NCBI GenBank assembly: GCA_951406725.2
Contig: OX597835.1
Coordinates: 36,332,001 to 36,396,000, forward strand
Direction: 5' to 3'
DNA from: Octopus vulgaris
Lineage: Eukaryota
DNA length: 64,000 nucleotides
Part shown: positions 57,456 to 64,000 of the stretch, piece after piece
How the letters are laid out: every line of letters begins with the position of its first letter
Numbering within the stretch: the first letter of the stretch is position 1
The notes under the pieces: generated by a model
Database searches by the model: none
What the model was told of the DNA's origin: nothing
What the model saw: only the letters and a program-made list of their open reading frames with translations
Translations under genes and position numbers: made by a program

Positions 57456-57914
57456 TCCTAATAGAATGATTGGATTACCGTTTGACTCTTCATCATCTTT
57501 TCTGTCTCACCTTGCGGCCATTTACCAAATTTTAATTAATTAATTAATATTCTCTATTATTCATTAATATTCCTCCACCGTGAACATTTTTTCTTTTTCA
57601 TTTTTCTTTATTTCCTTTAGTTTTTTCCCCCTCCTCCTCTCACTCAATCTTAAAAACGTTTTATTCTTTTGGTTCTGGTGTTGTTGTTATTGTTGCCGTC
57701 TTCGTCATCGTGTTGTTGTTGTTATTGTAGGTGTAGGTGCTCTTGCAGTTCTTTACGCTGTTGTTGTCAATCAATACCTTTGCAATTGTTGTTGTTGTTG
57801 TTTGTGTTGTTGTTACTACTCTTCTTGTTGCAGATGCTCTGACAGCTGTTACTGTTGTTGTTGTTGTTATTGCTGTTTTAAGTGTAATTGTGTTAGTGTC
57901 GTCTCTATAGTTAC

Positions 57915-58142
57915 TCTTTTACTCTTTTACTTGTTTTAGTCATTTGACTGCGGCCATGCTGGAGCACCGCCTTTAGTCGAGCAAATCGACCCCAGGATTT
58001 TTTTTTTGTAAGCCTAATACTTATTCTATCGGTCTCTTTTACCGAACCGCTAAGTTACGGGGACGTAAACACACCAGCATCGGTTGTCAAGCAATGTTGG
58101 AAGGGACTAACAGGGACACACAAACATATACACACACACACA

Positions 58143-58194
<52 letters not shown>

Positions 58195-58332
58195 CGACGG
58201 GCTTCTTTCCGTTTCTGTCTACCAAATCCACTCACAAGGTTTTGGTCGGCCCGAGGCTATAGTAGAAGCTACTTGTCAAAGGTGCCACGCAGTGGGACTG
58301 AACCCGGAACCATGTGGTTGGTAAGCAAGCTA
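57915..58332 (-). mobile_element. SINE family A
   Basis: Reverse complement of family A. Confidence 0.9.
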
Positions 58333-58576
58333 CGAATTTGCGTGTCATCCTTGTTAATGTTGTCATAACTGCTGTGTTAGTTGTTACCAATCTTGTTTCT
58401 GCTACCATTGCAATTCTTCTTATCAGCCGTTTCTGTCTTTGTTGTTATTGTTGTTGTTGTTGTTGCTGTTGTTCTTGTTCTTGTTCTTGTTGTTGGTGAT
58501 ATTGTGATGCTGTTAGCGTCGTTGAGGATGTTTCTGCTGTATTACGTGTTGTATTTGCTGTTGTTGTTATTTGTGG

Positions 58577-58608
<32 letters not shown>

Positions 58609-58796
58609 GGTGGTGGGTCGTCGTCGTCGTCGTGCTGATTATAATACTGTCGATGATGATGCTAACGATGATGATGCTGACAATGATGGTGCTGAAGATG
58701 AAGAAGATGACGATGTCTTTGTTGCATCCATTGTTATTACCTTTCTTGATATAGTCGACATTCTTGCCGTCGTCGTAGCAGTAGTAGTCATTATTA

Positions 58797-58872
<76 letters not shown>

Positions 58873-58945
58873 CATTGTCGTTTAAGACGTCGTAAACTTA
58901 TTTTGTTTTATATTTTCTATCTTACAGGCGCGCGCACACACACAT

Positions 58946-59008
<63 letters not shown>

Positions 59009-59077
59009 TCTGTATATATATGTGTGTGTGTGAATGTGTATGTGCGTTATATATGTACATATATATATATATTTACA

Positions 59078-59704
<627 letters not shown>

Positions 59705-59756
59705 ATATATATATATATATATATCAATATGCATATACATATATATTAATATATCA

Positions 59757-59811
<55 letters not shown>

Positions 59812-60570
59812 TATATGTATACATGTGTGTGTGTGCATGTATGTGTGTGTGAGAGTGTGAGTGCGTTTGCGTATGTGTGTGTGTGTATGTCCTGCAATCA
59901 CCAAGAAATTTCAAAGAATGAAATCTTTCCGATATTGGGAGAGAATCTGAAGGAAACTTCAGCATTTATTTCCATTGAAACTTACATGCAGCAACGCATC
60001 GTTTTATCATTATAAACAGTTGTTGTAGTAGTCGTGGTTGTTGTTGCTCCTGGGGAGTTGGTGGTGGTGGTGGTGGTGGTTTTGGTGGTGCCACTGCAGT
60101 TGTTACTATCGTCGTTGTTGGGGTTGACTCTCTTTTTGTTGGTGATATTGCCCTTGATGGTGGTGGTGGTGGTGGTGGTGGTGGTGGTGGTGGTGGTGGT
60201 GGCGGCGGCGGCGGCGGTGGCTTGACTGTTGCAGCGGTGGAGAGTTGTTGTTGGTGGTGGTGGTGGTGGTGGTGGTGCTTTTGATAATGACGGTGATGAT
60301 GTTGATGATGATTATGATGATGATGTTGATGATTATGGTACATTTTTGTTATTTCCCTTTTCTCGTTTACTTTTCCCTATTTATTTATATTGTTCTTTAA
60401 ATTATTTATTTGGCAATTCATTTATTTATTAATTTGTTTAATTATTTACTTATTTATTTATTGGCTCATTTACCGATTGACTTTGCACTCTTTATTCAAA
60501 ATGTTTTTAGATAGATAGATAGAGAGAGAGAGACACACACAGAGACAGAGAGACAGATAAACAGGCAGGC

Positions 60571-60601
<31 letters not shown>

Positions 60602-60602
60602 T

Positions 60603-60639
<37 letters not shown>

Positions 60640-60666
60640 CAGAGACAGAGAGACAGATAAACAGGC

Positions 60667-60698
<32 letters not shown>

Positions 60699-60714
60699 GG
60701 ACAGACAGACAGAC

Positions 60715-60792
<78 letters not shown>

Positions 60793-61248
60793 CTAAGGTA
60801 TGTGCGTTCAAAGAAAAAGGGAGAAAGAGAAAGAGCGAGGGAGAAAGGGTGTTTGTGTAATGAAATGAAACACAAATAGACTGAAGAGAGAGAAAGTCTT
60901 CGAGAGAAAGACACAGAGAGAAAGAAAGGACAAAGAGAATACAAGAATTAGAAAGGCAGAGAGTTGGAGGAGGGAGAGGAGAAAAGAGAGAGGACTTCCA
61001 AAGAAAAATACACAAACAGGCCTTAAGAATACAATACAAAACAAGAGAAAACAAACGAAAATGTTATCCACTGATTGCAAGAAAGGTCTGAATAGAGGGG
61101 AAAAAATAAGCAAATATTAGCTAGAAGGAAGGCCATGTTTGTAACTTCTTTCTGCATATCTCTCTCCTTTCCTCTTTTTTTCTCTACCTACCTCTCTATT
61201 TCTCTCTCTCCATATACATTAATACATAATATATATATACATATATAC

Positions 61249-61287
<39 letters not shown>

Positions 61288-61437
61288 AATTTAACAAATC
61301 GGTACGAAACAAGGAAGGAAAAACTAGGGAGAATGAGAGAAGGGGGGGGGGCAGAGGCAGGGAGAGAGAAATTGAAAGGAGAAAATAGAGAGATGAAAAG
61401 AAATAATAATAACAGTAACGATGACGATAATAATAAT

Positions 61438-61473
<36 letters not shown>

Positions 61474-61509
61474 TACAATAATAATAATAATAACAATAAT
61501 AATAATAAC

Positions 61510-61564
<55 letters not shown>

Positions 61565-61573
61565 GTAGTAATA

Positions 61574-61639
<66 letters not shown>

Positions 61640-62076
61640 GTAGTAATAATAATGATAATGATAATAATAATAATAATGATAATTAATATTACTAGTATCA
61701 TCATCAACATTATATAAAAGACACATATATGTACATATATATATATATATGCATATATGCATATATATAAATATAGATATATATATATACATATATAAAT
61801 ATGTAGGTATATATATATATACATATATAAATATGTAGGTATATATATATATAAATATGTATGTATATATGTGTATATATATGTATATACATATATTTAT
61901 ATACAATATATATAATTATATATATTTATGTATATACAGTATATATATACAATATATATGTATGTATGTATATATGTATGCATTTGTGTGTATGTATGTA
62001 TATGTATGTATGTATGTATGTACGTACGTACGTATGTATGTATGCATGTATATATGTATGTATGTGTGTGAGTGTA

Positions 62077-62134
<58 letters not shown>

Positions 62135-63745
62135 TCACGGAACCAGAATCGAATCTTCAGACAAAGAATATTTCAAACTATATCAATTCCGAACAGCTTT
62201 AATGATTAAATTTTCCAGCCGAATGCCAAGCAATTTGTAAACCTTCATATTAATTTGAACAGCCGCCATCTTTGTTTTTATATATTTTGCTCGTAAAATG
62301 TATTTCTTGTCTCTGATTACATTCTTTTTTGTTGTTGTTGTTGCTGCTGTTGATGGTATATTGCGTTTATTTCCTTCATTATTTTGTTGCTTATTGTTTT
62401 ATATTATTTATATGATTTTTCTTCTTTTATTTTTAAGATATTTTCTGTGGTTTATTTCGTTCGATTTTTTCCATTTTTTTTCATCCTTTTCTTTTTATTG
62501 TTTCTTTTTATTGTTTCTTGCTGTTGTCGTTGTCGTTGTTGCTTCTCTTTATTTCCCGGCATTCTTCAGTAGATTTTGCACATGCGCTGACGGCTTAAAT
62601 ATTTCTCCAGCAGCGGAGGCATCCACGTGCGAGAGAAATTCTTGCTAGAAGAAGGGTTTTTGATTTCGAAGACGCAGCAGGACAGCGAGAAGCTTGTAGC
62701 CATATCTTATTAAGGAAACTTCCAGAGTCTTTGTGTATGTTTAGTCACAGGAGAGAACGCATGTAGAAGGGGTAAAAAAAAATAGATTTATATGTATGTT
62801 TGTGTTTGTGTTTGTGTGTGTATATATATATAAACACACACATTTATATATTTGAATTTATGTAGCCACTCACAAATATCTAATCACTTACATAAACACT
62901 AACACAGATACTCACATATACACACACATATTCTAACTTACAATATATGATGTTAGTTATTGATGTATACGTATGTGCATATATATATGCCTGTATATAC
63001 ATCCACATGTATATGTAAATATATATATATGTCTGTGTGTGTACATGTGTGTGTGCGTCTGTGTGTGTCTCCGATATATTTATATACACGTATGTAATGC
63101 AACCAGATATGTTTGTACACGTATATACATGCATATATATATATAATGCATACACATGTATGTATATATATATACACATACACACACACTCACACACACT
63201 AACACACACACACTCACATACACACACATACACACATATATATACATATACTAAAATCTATGTATGTATGAGTATGTATGCCTTCTTAAGTACATGTATG
63301 CGTATGTGTTTGCGGATGTATATATGTGAGCGCATTAATGTCTTTATATCTTTATATAAATAACTCCATACTTTGTTGAACTATTTAGTCTGTATCCAGT
63401 ATGAGTCTTTGCGATGTTAAAAAATGCTGATGATGATGAATATGATGATGATGATGATGACGATGATGATGATCATGATCATGATGATCATGACGACAAC
63501 GACGACGATGGTGATGATGAGGATGATGATGATGACGATGATGATGATGATGATGATGATTACGACGACGACGACGACGACGACGATGATGATGATGATG
63601 ATGATGATGACGACGACGATGATGAGATTGCCACGACAACGATGATAATGATAGTGGTGATAGCGACGACGATGATGATGATGATGGTGATGTTGGTGGT
63701 AACGATGCAAAAGCTACTTGCTCCTGATGCCGTTGCCCTTATCAT

Positions 63746-63790
<45 letters not shown>

Positions 63791-64000
63791 CATTGCAGCT
63801 GCTGCTGCTACTACTACTACTATTGCTACTACTACTAGTTCTACTACAACTTCTACCACCACCACTACCACTTCTACTACCACTGCTACTACTACTACTT
63901 CTACTACTACTACTACCACCACTACCACTTCTACTACTACCACCATCACTACTACTATCACTACTACTACTACTACCACCACCACTACCACTTCTACTAC

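Overview
Eukaryotic, AT-rich, extremely microsatellite-dense DNA. The abundant tRNA-derived SINE families and (TA)n/(CATA)n/(GATA)n tracts look like an octopus genome (inference from repeat content). I found no intact host protein-coding gene; almost all ORF-track entries are microsatellite translations. The window is mostly transposon remnants: several SINE families, fragments of CR1-, RTE-, Tx1-, R4/Dong-like LINEs and a Gypsy pol, a Crypton-like tyrosine-recombinase remnant, and many small Penelope-like (PLE) inserts sitting in (TA)n tracts. The main signal is a ribozyme-bearing retroelement system. I read 12 type I hammerhead-ribozyme (HHR) folds by eye. Four are in a near-perfect 545-bp tandem-plus-inverted array (46626-49074, one HHR per full monomer, retrozyme/pLTR-like), and one is joined to a PLE reverse-transcriptase fragment. 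Independent inserts share a 'fold-back arm ending at a fixed point plus an unpaired 3' tail' architecture, and in one family that point is enclosed by a stem showing compensatory changes. All folds and homologies were read manually and need computational confirmation.
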